From: Pocillopora damicornis
Lineage: Eukaryota
Reading direction: 5' to 3'
Assembly: GCF_003704095.1 (NCBI RefSeq)
Contig: NW_020846357.1
Location: 124,101 to 188,000 of the forward strand
DNA length: 63,900 bases
Within the stretch, counting starts at the first letter, position 1. Every line of letters begins with the position of its first letter. The notes under the pieces were generated by a model, which was not told the DNA's origin, did no database searches, and worked only from the letters and a program-made list of their open reading frames with translations. Of this stretch, positions 1 through 12,914 are shown piece after piece. The position numbers and the translations under genes are program-made.

Positions 1-60
1 ATTTTCGTGTTTGATGGTTTGTTATATAATATGTTTAACGACTACTTGGTACGATACCTT

Positions 61-116
61 TTCACTAAGCCTGATAAAGGTTCTGGAGTTGTAATGATGG
101 ACAAACCCGAATATAT
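61..116 (+). mobile_element. Fragment of a Penelope-like retroelement reverse transcriptase
   Basis: Translates FTKPDKGSGVVMMDKPEY, resembling the (K/P)xDKGxxVVxMDxxxY motif at the start of Penelope-like RT domains. Truncated by an N gap. Confidence 0.5.
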
Positions 117-1970
117 NNNNNNNNNNNNNNNNNNNNNNNNNNNNNNNNNNNNNNNNNNNNNNNNNNNNNNNNNNNNNNNNNNNNNNNNNNNNNNNNNNNN
201 NNNNNNNNNNNNNNNNNNNNNNNNNNNNNNNNNNNNNNNNNNNNNNNNNNNNNNNNNNNNNNNNNNNNNNNNNNNNNNNNNNNNNNNNNNNNNNNNNNNN
301 NNNNNNNNNNNNNNNNNNNNNNNNNNNNNNNNNNNNNNNNNNNNNNNNNNNNNNNNNNNNNNNNNNNNNNNNNNNNNNNNNNNNNNNNNNNNNNNNNNNN
401 NNNNNNNNNNNNNNNNNNNNNNNNNNNNNNNNNNNNNNNNNNNNNNNNNNNNNNNNNNNNNNNNNNNNNNNNNNNNNNNNNNNNNNNNNNNNNNNNNNNN
501 NNNNNNNNNNNNNNNNNNNNNNNNNNNNNNNNNNNNNNNNNNNNNNNNNNNNNNNNNNNNNNNNNNNNNNNNNNNNNNNNNNNNNNNNNNNNNNNNNNNN
601 NNNNNNNNNNNNNNNNNNNNNNNNNNNNNNNNNNNNNNNNNNNNNNNNNNNNNNNNNNNNNNNNNNNNNNNNNNNNNNNNNNNNNNNNNNNNNNNNNNNN
701 NNNNNNNNNNNNNNNNNNNNNNNNNNNNNNNNNNNNNNNNNNNNNNNNNNNNNNNNNNNNNNNNNNNNNNNNNNNNNNNNNNNNNNNNNNNNNNNNNNNN
801 NNNNNNNNNNNNNNNNNNNNNNNNNNNNNNNNNNNNNNNNNNNNNNNNNNNNNNNNNNNNNNNNNNNNNNNNNNNNNNNNNNNNNNNNNNNNNNNNNNNN
901 NNNNNNNNNNGCCACAACCAATCAGCTTTTTCAGTTTAATGGTCAACTTAACCCTAACCCTAAATTGCGCTCTACTTTCAGTCGTCTTGACAACCCTATG
1001 GGCCTTACTGATTCCGCTATTAATAATTTAATTTTTAGAAATGCTTCGGCAAGCACANNNNNNNNNNNNNNNNNNNNNNNNNNNNNNNNNNNNNNNNNNN
1101 NNNNNNNNNNNNNNNNNNNNNNNNNNNNNNNNNNNNNNNNNNNNNNNNNNNNNNNNNCAGATAAATAGAATGCCTCATTCGATAGTTGAATCTAACGATA
1201 TAAGATATTTCAAACGGTTACTTGAATCCTATTTAATTAATTTGCCAAATACCGAATGAATTTTATAGCGAGGTGACTTGTTAAATTACGTTCTACATAA
1301 AAGGTAAATTCNNNNNNNNNNNNNNNNNNNNNNNNNNNNNNNNNNNNNNNNNNNNNNNNNNNNNNNNNNNNNNNNNNNNNNNNNNNNNNNNNNNNNNNNN
1401 NNNNNNNNNNNNNNNNNNNNNNNNNNNNNNNNNNNNNNNNNNNNNNNNNNNNNNNNNNNNNNNNNNNNNNNNNNNNNNNNNNNNNNNNNNNNNNNNNNNN
1501 NNNNNNNNNNNNNNNNNNNNNNNNNNNNNNNNNNNNNNNNNNNNNNNNNNNNNNNNNNNNNNNNNNNNNNNNNNNNNNNNNNNNNNNNNNNNNNNNNNNN
1601 NNNNNNNNNNNNNNNNNNNNNNNNNNNNNNNNNNNNNNNNNNNNNNNNNNNNNNNNNNNNNNNNNNNNNNNNNNNNNNNNNNNNNNNNNNNNNNNNNNNN
1701 NNNNNNNNNNNNNNNNNNNNNNNNNNNNNNNNNNNNNNNNNNNNNNNNNNNNNNNNNNNNNNNNNNNNNNNNNNNNNNNNNNNNNNNNNNNNNNNNNNNN
1801 NNNNNNNNNNNNNNNNNNNNNNNNNNNNNNNNNNNNNNNNNNNNNNNNNNNNNNNNNNNNNNNNNNNNNNNNNNNNNNNNNNNNNNNNNNNNNNNNNNNN
1901 NNNNNNNNNNNNNNNNNNNNNNNNNNNNNNNNNNNNNNNNNNNNNNNNNNNNNNNNNNNNNNNNNNNNNN

Positions 1971-2971
1971 GCATGGAACAATAAAGAACTGCCCTTGGAT
2001 AATAATCGGGCCAGTAATTAACTTGTCGTGAAAATGCGTAAGCTTTCCAGAACATATCATTCTCGTTATTTATTAAAGCCTCGGTTAGTTTATAGATTCG
2101 ATCAGCATCTATAGACTTATTTGCAAACAAGGGGTATTTCTTGCTGAATGTGTAATCCAACCGCCACACAGGAGTGGAGGACACTGAAAAAAAAAAGGTA
2201 AAGATACATTTAATCTTTTTAGACACAAACTGGGAAACGTTTGAAAGTGAAGAATAATGTAAAACTTCGTTTCAAATGGTGACATTTGTAAAGTTACAAC
2301 TCTCCACAACTCGGCATGATCGTTAATGCGTCCTTGTTTTGATTAGTTACAGACCCACGCCCTTACCTTTGGTCGAGTCGAGGTCAATGTAGTATTGATT
2401 GTAGTCATAAAGAGACATTGATTGTTCATCTAATATCATCACACGGAAGGCTGGATTACTCTTGTAATCTGGACTAAGAGAGGGAGCGATCAATGCAAAA
2501 GACTTCCTTGCGTCATTAGAGACAGAGTCAGAGTTTGATTCCAGAGTCTGAAGTCTGAAGTCGTCTTTGTGCACGTGACCAAATAGCTGACCTACAAATA
2601 AAAAATTTGAAAATCACAGGATCATTAGTTACAATTTAACCCTTTATTCCAGTAAACTTCTGTGAAATTACGCTAAGTAGATCTTTTTCAGTTTTCGTCG
2701 CAAAAACGTAATTTGACTGCCATGACTAAAGGGGTGTCTTGATGTCCAGTATTGAAACACACATGCATACAACGAAAGTTTAGTGGAAGCTTAGTATTGA
2801 ACAAAAATTCACTCCCCTCTTGTAAGCTAATTGAAAGTAGGAGAGAATACTTTTTTTGTTAGATTACTATCAATTTGTAAAATCTTCTCACCAGCTATCA
2901 CTTTGTGATACCTTCCACCAACCAGATCCATATATCGTTTAGTAAAACTGGGCAACCAAAATGGCTCATGG
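1971..2971 (-). CDS. SMPDL3 / acid sphingomyelinase-like phosphodiesterase, partial (three 3' exons)
   Basis: Exons ~2893-2971 (HEPFWLPSFTKRYMDLVGGRYHKVIAG), ~2365-2590 (QLFGHVHKDDFRL...IAPSLSPDYKSNPAFRV...YDYNQYYIDL) and ~1971-2183 (PVWRLDYTFSKKY...VLYCSM). The calcineurin-like GHxH motif is present and the exon structure matches the + strand paralog. Both ends run into N gaps. Confidence 0.85.
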
Positions 2972-3549
2972 NNNNNNNNNNNNNNNNNNNNNNNNNNNNN
3001 NNNNNNNNNNNNNNNNNNNNNNNNNNNNNNNNNNNNNNNNNNNNNNNNNNNNNNNNNNNNNNNNNNNNNNNGGATGATTGTTCTGTGTTAATACTAATTT
3101 TCTTTTTTTCACAGAGATGTGGATTATTTGAGATCGAATTCATGAAACTTTAATTATTCGAAGTGTTTTCAATTTTGATAATTACAAAGGGGCGAACACC
3201 TTTGGAAAGGAGTTGGATTGTAAATTAATTAACAAATATAGTCCTGATGGCTGATGTTCTTGACGGCTGTTCCAGCGCATCTTACTTCACCATACAGCCA
3301 TTAGATTTCGTGCGTCGTGTCCGTATTTGACGTTAAATTATTCTAGCAATTCTTCATTTATTATTTACGCAGCAGCAGGTGGGATGAGGTAATATATGAG
3401 ATAGGGTTTGTTGTTTGTTGGCTCTTATCAGTTTAAGTTTTTTGTGTCGTATGGAAATTTGAAGATGAAAAGTATTCCCATGTAAGCGAGTGCTCCTCAA
3501 ATATCAAAACTTGGTTCGATTTTGTGCAAAACTATTAAAAAAAAATACC

Positions 3550-3900
3550 ATGGACATCATTGTCCTTCTTCTGGACATGGTATTAATGACATTCTGCAGA
3601 TTGGAGTCAACAACTGCAAAGTGCGACGGAAAATTTGAACTGAGCGGACTTAACCATGGCCACTTGGAGCAAGGAATTAAAAACCATGCCATAGTGGGAC
3701 ACAGTTTTAAAAATTTCACGTTGCCAAAAATTTATGATTGTCATATCCAGTGTTTTGACGAGAAATGTAAGTGCCAAGCATTTCAAATATCTGGGGATCG
3801 CTGTGAGCTGTTGGATGAAGATAGATATTCAACTCCTGATGAGTTCATATATACTCCTGGATACGCTTACTTTGATAGGAGCAGGGAATATATTCACCAG
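3550..3900 (+). CDS. Secreted PAN/apple-domain protein, first coding exon (remainder not visible)
   Basis: ATG at 3550 with a hydrophobic N-terminus, then NHAIVGHSFKNF...DCHIQCFDEKCKCQAFQISGDRCELLDED, a PAN-like Cys spacing. Donor CAG|gtaagg at 3900/3901; a gap follows at 4183. Confidence 0.65.
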
Positions 3901-5589
3901 GTAAGGGTGATATGTCTACTGGATGCAAATATTTCGCTCATTCGAAATGCTGGTTTGTCTCACTTCTACTTTTTCTGACGGCCTTCGAAAACGACGTGGG
4001 TGTTAAGTGCCGCTCTCGCTAAGAGCCGTCCTCTCGACTTCTTGTTGGAAAAAAGTTTTCTTTTATTTTTTGCCCATGAAAAGGGTTTAGGACACATGTT
4101 TCTAAAATAGTTTAGTTGTTCTCCAATTCTCTCTTTTTACGTCGCCCCAAGCCAAAAAGGATTTTTGGCTATACCATCCCAGNNNNNNNNNNNNNNNNNN
4201 NNNNNNNNNNNNNNNNNNNNNNNNNNNNNNNNNNNNNNNNNNNNNNNNNNNNNNNNNNNNNNNNNNNNNNNNNNNNNNNNNNTTTCTAGCAGTAACTATC
4301 ATTTCGTGCACAAGATAATCAGTTTTGTAATTATCTCAAAGCTTAGAAATTATCCATCAGTTTATAGCCCCGAAATGTTTTCAAAGGAGTTTAGAAAAGC
4401 ATCCGATATGTAAGATACAAAAAAAAAAAAAGCAAAAAGCAAGTAATATAATTGTGCAATTTTTGTAGAATTAAACGATGTTAGTATTTACCACACAAGA
4501 GAATAGTGCTTTTCGTGAACGCTGATTGGTTAGTTCGGAAGTGAATAGCGAGTACAATTCACTTCCACTTTGGAGAATATTTGTAAACTACTATGTGTTA
4601 AGTGCCCTGACAAAAAATAAAAAATTTAAAAAAACTTGACTTGCTTTTTTAAATTAACATCAGGATGATTTTATTCCTTTTCTGTTTCCATGGGGCCCAG
4701 TAATAAACCGAAAAATTGTTTCGTTTCCACTCTGATAAAATGTTTTGAATTCTTCATTACGCCGAAATAACTGGGGAACCAAAAACATCACCAAGACTTT
4801 TCCATGTTAAACATCTGATAAAAGATTCAAACTGATATTTAAACAAGTTTAAGTTCCTTTGAAAGAAAATTGAATCACGCACGAATAATATCTTTTTGTA
4901 TTGAAATTGTCCAATTTAAACGCAGCTGTTGCGTTTGAAATTTACCCTGAATTAAGTCGTACAGGAACCAATTACATGTGAGTACGTATGATGGCGCAGG
5001 TTAACTTAGCGCGCTCACCATTATTTAGAGACCAGAGGAACTTCGCCATTCAATTTAGCCCGGAGATTTGTACGGCGAACTTTATCAGTAATTCAAGAAA
5101 CTTAGAGGTAGGAATCTTCCTTTCATCAGTTACATGGTCATCATTTCTTCAGTTAACTTATAAAGTGCGCTGTGCGCTCGTTCGATTTTGAAATCGCTCG
5201 TATGCTTTCAGACCAAATTTAACTCCACTCAGTTCAGTTACCATTATCTATCAGGAACAACATCAAATTCACCATTCTAGATGAAAGACCCTTAGTATTT
5301 GGAATTCTCGTGGATCAAATTACGACCTATGCAACTCCACAGGGGCTACAACTGTTTTGTACAAAAAACTGTTTACCATCCACTAAGTGCAAAGAATACT
5401 GTCTGAGAAATAGTCGTAGATATCACGTCTCTATTTGCAAAATGGACAGATTCAAGAACAGCTTTTTTTCACAGAAATTGTATGTAGATGCATTTACTTA
5501 GTAATTTTTGTGGATAATTTTTTAATCCTCGTAAAGTTTTATCTAATTCAGCCCTAGAGCTGTAATTTTGAAACTTCAATGGATCATTT

Positions 5590-5925
5590 TCCTATTTATG
5601 TATTTATCTAATTTTCTATCTATCTAATGATCTATTTACTTAATAATCTATCTCTCCATCCATACATACATCTATCTATCTCTATATTTCTAGCTCTCTA
5701 TCTAACAATCTGTCTGTCTGTCTGTCCATCTATCTATCTATCTATAGACCTAATAATCTATTTAGTTGTCTATCTGTTTATCTATCCATCAACGTGTTCT
5801 ATCTATCCATCTATGGATTTATCTATCTATCTATCTATCTATCCAATAATCTATATGTCTATCCGACAATCTATTTATCTATACATCTATCTAATAGTCT
5901 ATCTAACTATTACTCTAAACATCTA
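5590..5925. repeat. Degenerate (ATCT)n microsatellite
   Basis: Imperfect tandem atct/atcc/gtct units directly upstream of the SMPDL3-like start codon. Confidence 0.9.
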
Positions 5926-5954
5926 TTTTTTCAAATTATAGGAGTTAATTTGTA

Positions 5955-8708
5955 ATGACTGCTGGTCCCTCAGCTGTAGTCCTGCTGATTTCTGCCTTGA
6001 CTGTGTTGCCAGTAGGGTCTCTGAAGTTCTTTCACGTGTCTGATGTCCATCTTGATCCATTCTACAATAAGGCTGCGGATGTGAGCACGTATTGCCAGGG
6101 ATCTGGCTTAACAGCAGATTATGAGGCACCTTATGGTAGGATCGGTTGTGACTCACCGTTAGCTCTGTGGAAAATTGCTCTATTAGGAATGAAGGAGGAA
6201 GGACAAAGTGCTGAGTTTATGATGCTCTCTGGTATGAAGCTAACATGTTTTTGTAAATTGTCAATCTGTTGAACATCTCCCTCAAGAAGCACTCTTCTAT
6301 TCAATGGCTCTTCTATTCTTGCCCACTTTTCAGCTTCTTCATGTTAATTATATTTAGATTGCATGAAGATTGCTTATTTTCTTTCCGTAGGAGATTCGTC
6401 TGCCCATGGTCTAACAGATGATCATGGTTCACCAAAAGTCTTAAAAGCCATGTCCATGGTGGCAAGTGAAGCCCATAAAGTGTTTCCAGACATTCCAATT
6501 TTTCTTGCAATTGGCAACAATGACCTCCCTGGACATTATATTCTACCAAACAATAGCGATTGGTACAAAACAGTCTTGTCTTACTGGGCCCCACTCATTT
6601 TGTGCTCACATTGTCCCAGGAGCGTGGAAAAGCCTACAACAATGGAGGAATTGGCAAAAACATTTCTAGAGGGCGGTTACTATAAAGTCAACATTGCAGG
6701 TGAGATCCTTGCTGGCATTTCTGTAAACAAAGCATAGTAAAAGAGGGATGGGTATCTAGAAAAGACTTGAGCAGTCTGGAAAAACATCATTGGAAGAAAA
6801 TTAAAAGAAACAAAACGGAATCCAAACCAGATATGGTTCCGAATCCCACGTGAAAAGAAAAATTTTCGATACTGACTGACAAGAACAATTGGGTTCAAAC
6901 GCTTACATATCATGATGTCACTTGACATATGTACCATTGAATTACAGGTGGAAAAATGATTTTACTTGTGCTGAATACCATGTACTGGAATAACAACTGG
7001 TACACGAATGACCTTGTTAAACAAATTGCTGAAACTCAAATGCAGTGGTTCAAAGACCAACTTCAACTCGCCAAAGACCAAAAGAAAAGAGTCCTTATCA
7101 TGAGCCACATCCCACCTGGGTAATTTTTGTTACCATAACTTTCTTTATCAGAGCCACCTTTTAGATCAAATTAACAAACTAAAAACGTTTCTTTTAATTG
7201 TCTCAGAGGCGACCCACATGATGGTTCCTACTTCTGGCATAAACAATATTTAATACCTTATGCGAGTCTGACAGCCGGACAATTCCATGATGTAGTGGCA
7301 GGTAACACTCGTATTCAGCAAAGTTATGGGCATTGAATGAGGGAAATTATAATAATATGGTAGATAATTGATTGAAAGAAACTAAATAGAACGCCCCGAA
7401 ACTAGATAGGTTCAGATTTTTTGGGATTTGTTTATTTCCCCACGCATTTGTTGAAGCTTTTTATTTTTAGAAGTTTTTGCTTTTTTGTATGTTTCCGCTT
7501 TACGTCAGAGAGCAACTTTTGAAAAATAATCTTGGATATGATTTGATGCATGATATCTGTATGATAAGGAGTTTGATACCAATAAGTCAATGTAGTAACA
7601 AGTGACGATGTTTGACGATTTAGTACAAATGATAGATAACTATTTATTACATTCCATTTCGCAATGGTTTACGGAAATTCCCCTTAAAAAGAAGTTCCAT
7701 TTGCCATGATTTTTGGTTCCATTTTTTTATGTTTTGCATTTGTTTTAATTTTTTTGGTACTTTTATTCATATTGAGTTGCTCTCCTTTCATCACTACTTT
7801 TTTTTATCCTTATCATAAGGCCAGTTCTATGGTCATACTCATAGAAACGACTTCCATCTTCAAATAATGAACACTGCAAGTGATGAAGCAGAAAAAACTT
7901 CCACCAAATCCTTTGTTCTACAAGTTGCCTCAGTATCACCTGTCTACTCTAACAATCCAACATTCAGAGTGATGTCTTTGGACACAAGAGAACGTGCTCT
8001 TGTTGACTATGACCAATATTATCTTGACTTGGTTCTTGTGACAGGTATTTAACGTGTCAGAGGGAGAGCTTTCAACGAGAATTGTCTGTATACACAAGGA
8101 AATGACAAAGACAGAGCAGTTAGAATTTAATTTCATGGGCAAATTTCTGAGGAGCTGATATTGATGCTTCAAATCTCTAACTTAGTTCAATATTTTACCA
8201 GTTTATACCACCAAGTCATATTTTGAGCATAATTTGAAGACAGCTTCAATCTCAGACTTTATTTGATCAAACTCCTATCAGTGGCATGAATCCTCCACAA
8301 AGTTTTCTCACAATTCACCAAAAGCTTAATAAATATTAAGTGGATTTTACTATGTTAATATTGTACTACACGCCCTCTATTTGTGCTGCTGTAAGGAATT
8401 CCATTTGTAATAGTTATTTTTTGTTCTCTCTCGTAGAATTTGCACATCCCGTTTGGAAGTTTGATTCCACATTTAGCAGAAAGTATCCATCAAAACACAA
8501 GTTAATCAATGCAGACAGAATCGATGAGCTGAACCGTAAGCTGATCAGCCAAACTGAAGGCAGATATTGAAATGAATACATGCCTTCAACAACCTCCCGC
8601 TACCAGCTGGGTTCATACGATCGGTTTGCCCTCTATTGTGTCATGAGATATGTCTCTGAAGATGATTTTGAGAAATGCCATGAAAAATTCAAAGTACCTG
8701 GTGGCTAG
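5955..8708 (+). CDS. SMPDL3-like metallophosphoesterase; 6 exons: 5955-6231, 6391-6699, 6948-7119, 7207-7301, 7820-8044, 8437-8708 (in-frame TGA at 8568-8570)
   Basis: Signal peptide, then motifs SDVHLD, YGRIGCDSP, SGDSSAH, GNND, SHIPPG, GHTHRNDF, SVSPVYSNNPTFRV and DYDQYYLDL. All introns are GT-AG and keep frame. Homology continues past the TGA to TAG at 8706-8708. Confidence 0.9.
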
Positions 8709-9131
8709 TTAAATAATTATAACAAAATATGTTATGAGGTATTCAATGTAACATCATATCCTGGAGTATATGAATAAAATGCATGTCTAAAATACCTTTG
8801 TATTTGCCATCCTTTGCACACCCTGCTACAAATCCCTTCACAAGTTTCAGATGAGCCTTCCACACATAAGAATATCATCTTGGAAATTAATGTTTCTACA
8901 TTTTTGATTGGCATAGTAACAGTTTTATAAGTTACATTTTGATGATAAAATTTACCACAAATTTCCTATAGGGCAAGCCAAACTTTCACTTGAGTATTAA
9001 ATTTAGTCATGCTTCGTTTGATATATAGATATCTATAATTTTGGCAGCAATTCTTTTATTATGAAGTACATATAATGCCTTCTTTTGTGCTCAATAGCCT
9101 TGTCCTTCTTATCTAATTACATCAAATTTCC

Positions 9132-10371
9132 TCAGCCTTGGCTGTCATGTTTGCTTGTGCCTTTGCCTTTGTGAAACATCCCCAAGACACGATCTATCAT
9201 CAATACTGCAATCAGGGAACCCAACAACAAGCCAGTAAGGACATCACTCCAGTGATGCTTGTAGTCACTAATGCGGGACAGCCCACACAGAACACCCAAC
9301 TGAGCAATCAACAGCTGGAGGGAAAACTTTAGAAACCTGCTATGGGGGAAATTGATCATGATTTCCATATATAGAATTGTAAATGTCACGGCATATGCTG
9401 CAAATATGAGAAAAAAAAGCCAAGTTTAGAACGATAGCACAATCCTTTCTGTCAGGGACTCTTCATACAAGTGCAGCTGGGTGCAACAAAGCAGATTGAC
9501 ATGGTTGGTTTTCAGATAGAAACTTCCAACGCAAACAAAAGAAAAAAAATTGATATAAAACTATGCCTTTGATTTTGGATTGGAATGTAGCTTATGGTGT
9601 TAGGTATTATTGGTTGCTGTGCAGTGTTGATGAAGAGAACTTTTTCATATACCACTGCTTATTCTTACAGTTCATCACATTTGACCTTCAGCTGATTAAA
9701 TTTGACCACTAAAGGCAAATGGAATTATTACCTGAGAATGAAGCGTGGCCTGATGGAAATGACAAGCGTCCTTCTCTAAGCAAACCTGGGTCACCTGTGC
9801 ACACATCGTCCGTGATGTATGTGTGACTGCAGTTCAAAAATACAGAAGATGGAGCTTGGCAGATTGACAGAAAATGAGGTCTTAATCGTCCGACTGTGTA
9901 TTTTCCGATATCAGTGACAAAAATAGTGACAAGCCCTCCAAAGGCAAAAGAAACCAAGAGGTTGATTAGATTAATATGGTTCGGCTTGAGCTTCAGCCAT
10001 TTAAAGGGGACATATTCACTGGATTCTGAAGATCTTTTATGTCGTCGCTGGCTACACAGCTCTGTGACACAGATCACCAGATAAGCAAGAGCAAAGCCAA
10101 CGGAATAGAGCACCGAAGATGGGACAGTACTTTCTTTGTATGGCTTGTTAATACTATCATCATCACAATAAAACCCTCTGTGATATGGAACGGCAACTAG
10201 TTTGAATAAAAGACAAACCAACCCAACAACTAGCAAACAAGTGAAGTCCACTATGAGCCAAGCCAGACGGGGCTTCTCTGGTTTAAATGGTTCTAGATCA
10301 GGCGATGAGTCGTCACCTGTTAGTTCCACAGAGAATCTACACTCATCTGTAGGCTGAGCTTTGTTTTCCAT
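9132..10371 (-). CDS. Phospholipid phosphatase (PAP2/LPP, PLPP1-3/wunen-like); exons 10371-9732 and 9397-9132
   Basis: RGFYCDDDSINKPY and the catalytic motifs KYTVGRLRP, SFPSGH and SRISDYKHHWSDV, with multiple TM segments. One GT-AG intron keeps frame. Confidence 0.93.
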
Positions 10372-10561
10372 GTCGCTAAATGTTTTTAAATACCATCTGT
10401 TGATACTGGTACCCAATATATTGTTCAAAATATTGTTTTCGTTATATCTACTAGGCCAGGTTACCAAGATCGCCTAGGGACCAGGCTTTCGCCCAGCCAC
10501 GAAGACCGTAGTATCGTATATTAGTGCAGTTTGGTTGCAAACCTTGGATTGTTATTTAAAA

Positions 10562-10972
10562 ATGCCCACCACCCCCAAATTTGACGAACCATGGATGGAC
10601 GAACTCGATGGACATAACTGTGTGAGTAGAGCTATTAGTTTTGGAGCAAGAGGAGCGTTTGTAGGTAAGTGCACTGAGTTTGTAAATGTTATTGTGGTTC
10701 CAAGTAATCAGGCTTCACTCCAGAAACTCGAACGGTGGAAGACTTTGGCACACTTTATGTGAATCCCAGGAAGTTCTTCTTTAATCTGTGTCGAGCGAGT
10801 ATGTTCCCTTTCTTCAAATAAATGTAATCTATTTGAAAATAAGTATGTTTGAAGTGTACAAAGTTGGTAGAACATAGAATAGCTAGTCAATGAGACTTTG
10901 ACCTACACAGTGATTTGTTAACCCATTTCTTTGTTTACCATAATGTCTTAGTATTATTATTATCGTTATTGC

Positions 10973-11005
<33 letters not shown>

Positions 11006-12914
11006 CATCACTATTATTATTGTTATTGTTGTTTTTGTTGTTGTAGCTGTAATTGTTATCATTGTTATAATATGGAAAGCGATCGTCATTCCTATGTATT
11101 GATTTTGTTACCCATCACCCAATGCAACCCATCACTAACAAACCCATTCAAAGAGAAATGAATTAAGGGCTAAGTCTTTCAAGAAACTGTTGCAGCTTCA
11201 GTGGGAGAGTGTAACAGGATAATTTAGGGTAATTTAGCTACTGTATAGAGTTTAAAAGCTGAAGTTTTAAAAGTTAGCCTTTCGTCAAAAGGGCATACAC
11301 TTGAAATGTCAGCTTTTAAACTCTCTATGGTGACCATGACCAGGATGAGGTTGGGAAGTCATAAGCAAATGAAAATGTACAATGTAACGGGGCTTTCATA
11401 TTCAGCAAATAGACCCTTTTGACTTTGGTTCTCTCTCTGGCATTCCAATCTTTCTCAATTTTTCTGATTGATTGAACCTCATGTAAGAGACCTAGGTCAG
11501 TTAAATACAGGAGAGTTTACAGAGATGGCCTGGGCAGGCATGGATTCATTGGGTTCAATGAGAGGAAAATATAATCTCAACACAGAATTCATTACACAGT
11601 GACTTCATGCCATTTTAAATTGCAATAGGTGTCCAAAAAAAACTATACAAGAATAGGAAACAAAGAGCATCAGGAAACATGAGAAGAAAGCATCAGGAAA
11701 CACAAGGACAGAAGCCAAATTCTGTACAATATAGGAACTTTAATTCATCCTTGATGATTTTGAGGATGTGCCAAAGCTTGGAATTTTTAAAGATTTTCAC
11801 ATCAATTTTACAGTAATTAAGGCCTCATTTGAACTTTTTAAAATTTTTTTTTTGTAATTCTAGTATTTATAATTACTTAATTCATTATGTTAGGTACTTC
11901 CATTTTGATTTTTACCTAAAATGGTTCAAGATTCTCTTCTGAAAATTTAAATCACTCTTACTTCAGTAAAAGTTTGGTTAGACATGTTATGTATTTATAC
12001 AGGCAGGCTATTTTAAAGTTTGACTAGAGCAGGTTTGTTGAAGCTTTCATATCATTGCTTGTCTATGTTGCTATGTCAATATGCAAACTTTGCTCTCATT
12101 TCCATGACCTTGATCGATTTTATTTAACATTTCAGGAGGTATCTATGGTGCTGCTTGGTCTGCGCTGAGAATCCCAGATCCTCATCCCACTCCACTTATC
12201 CTGCAGTCCTTTATTTTGATGAAGAATAACTCAATCCTTGTTGGTTTGTGATTTTATTACATAGTTCTTTACTAAATTTTGAACTTCAGTTGCTGGTTAG
12301 TTAATGAACAGAGGGTCTTATCCTTTAATTTAAAAAAATGGCCTGTGAAGATTCTTAAGGATCCAGTGGCTATTTTTGGTTGTCAAAAATGATTAGTTTA
12401 TAATTATGGTGAAGAGCCTCACTTGTCATGATATTTTAGGTGGTGCAGCAAGTTTGTTTGCTTTAACAACATGCACAGCAGCTTCAATGAGAGAAAAAGA
12501 TGACCATTTTAACTGGGCCTTGGGAGGTGCTGCAAGTGGAGTTCTGATTGGATTTAGCAGTAAGTTTCTCTAATTATTATCTTTTTTATCTACCATTTAT
12601 GTGATGACATGTTACTATAGGGCTTTTGAGAAGTTTTTCTGTCTAAAAAGACATGATAGTTGCTCTGCTACTGTTCTAATGCTTTGGTTGTGAGTTTGAA
12701 ATGAGGAATATTTTAACAAAATCCATTGGGCCCTCTCAGGTTCACAATTTTACCATCAGGCAGAGGCAACATCATTTGTTGTTTCTTTTTATGTACAGAG
12801 AGCAGTTGGGGGTTGGGCTGTGGTCTTGCAACAGCATTTGCCGCTGCTGGAGCTTTAGCCAAGTACTCTGGTGTGTACAAACATCCTCTGCGTACTGACA
12901 GAGTCTATGTGTGA
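10562..12914 (+). CDS. NDUFA11: NADH dehydrogenase 1 alpha subcomplex subunit 11 (Tim17-family fold); exons 10562-10664, 12136-12243, 12440-12559, 12799-12914
   Basis: Spliced product of ~148 aa: MPTTPKFDEPWMDELDGHNCVSRAI...FALTTCTAASMREKDDHFNWALGGAASG...KHPLRTDRVYV. This matches the NDUFA11 pattern (N-terminal DGxxC, REKxDDxxNxxLGG). GT-AG introns are in frame. Confidence 0.8.
10950..11070. repeat. (ATT)n/(GTT)n microsatellite in NDUFA11 intron 1
   Basis: Direct trinucleotide tandem run. Confidence 0.9.
11247..11324. repeat. Palindromic interspersed repeat, probably Penelope-derived
   Basis: Perfect 16-bp inverted repeat agagtttaaaagctga (11247-11262) / tcagcttttaaactct (11309-11324) around a degenerate aagggc...gaaatgtcagc core. 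A related degenerate copy lies near 47304-47390. Confidence 0.55.

Noticed and set aside
948-963. CCCTAA telomere-like repeats
   Set aside because: Only two copies, which is not a telomeric array.
7-2060. Long ORFs reported across N runs (also 50611-51108)
   Set aside because: They are artefacts of translating assembly gaps as X.
5627-5941. 104-aa hydrophobic ORF
   Set aside because: It is a translation of the (ATCT)n microsatellite.
8733-8772. SECIS-like ATGA-N12-AA-N20-GA spacing downstream of the SMPDL3-like in-frame TGA
   Set aside because: Helix II pairs only with a bulge next to the core, and the TGA aligns with Trp rather than Cys, so Sec recoding is unsupported.
12601-12700. GTGATGA box C-like motif in NDUFA11 intron 3 (similarly ATGATGA near 50285)
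   Set aside because: No matching box D CTGA or terminal stem was found.
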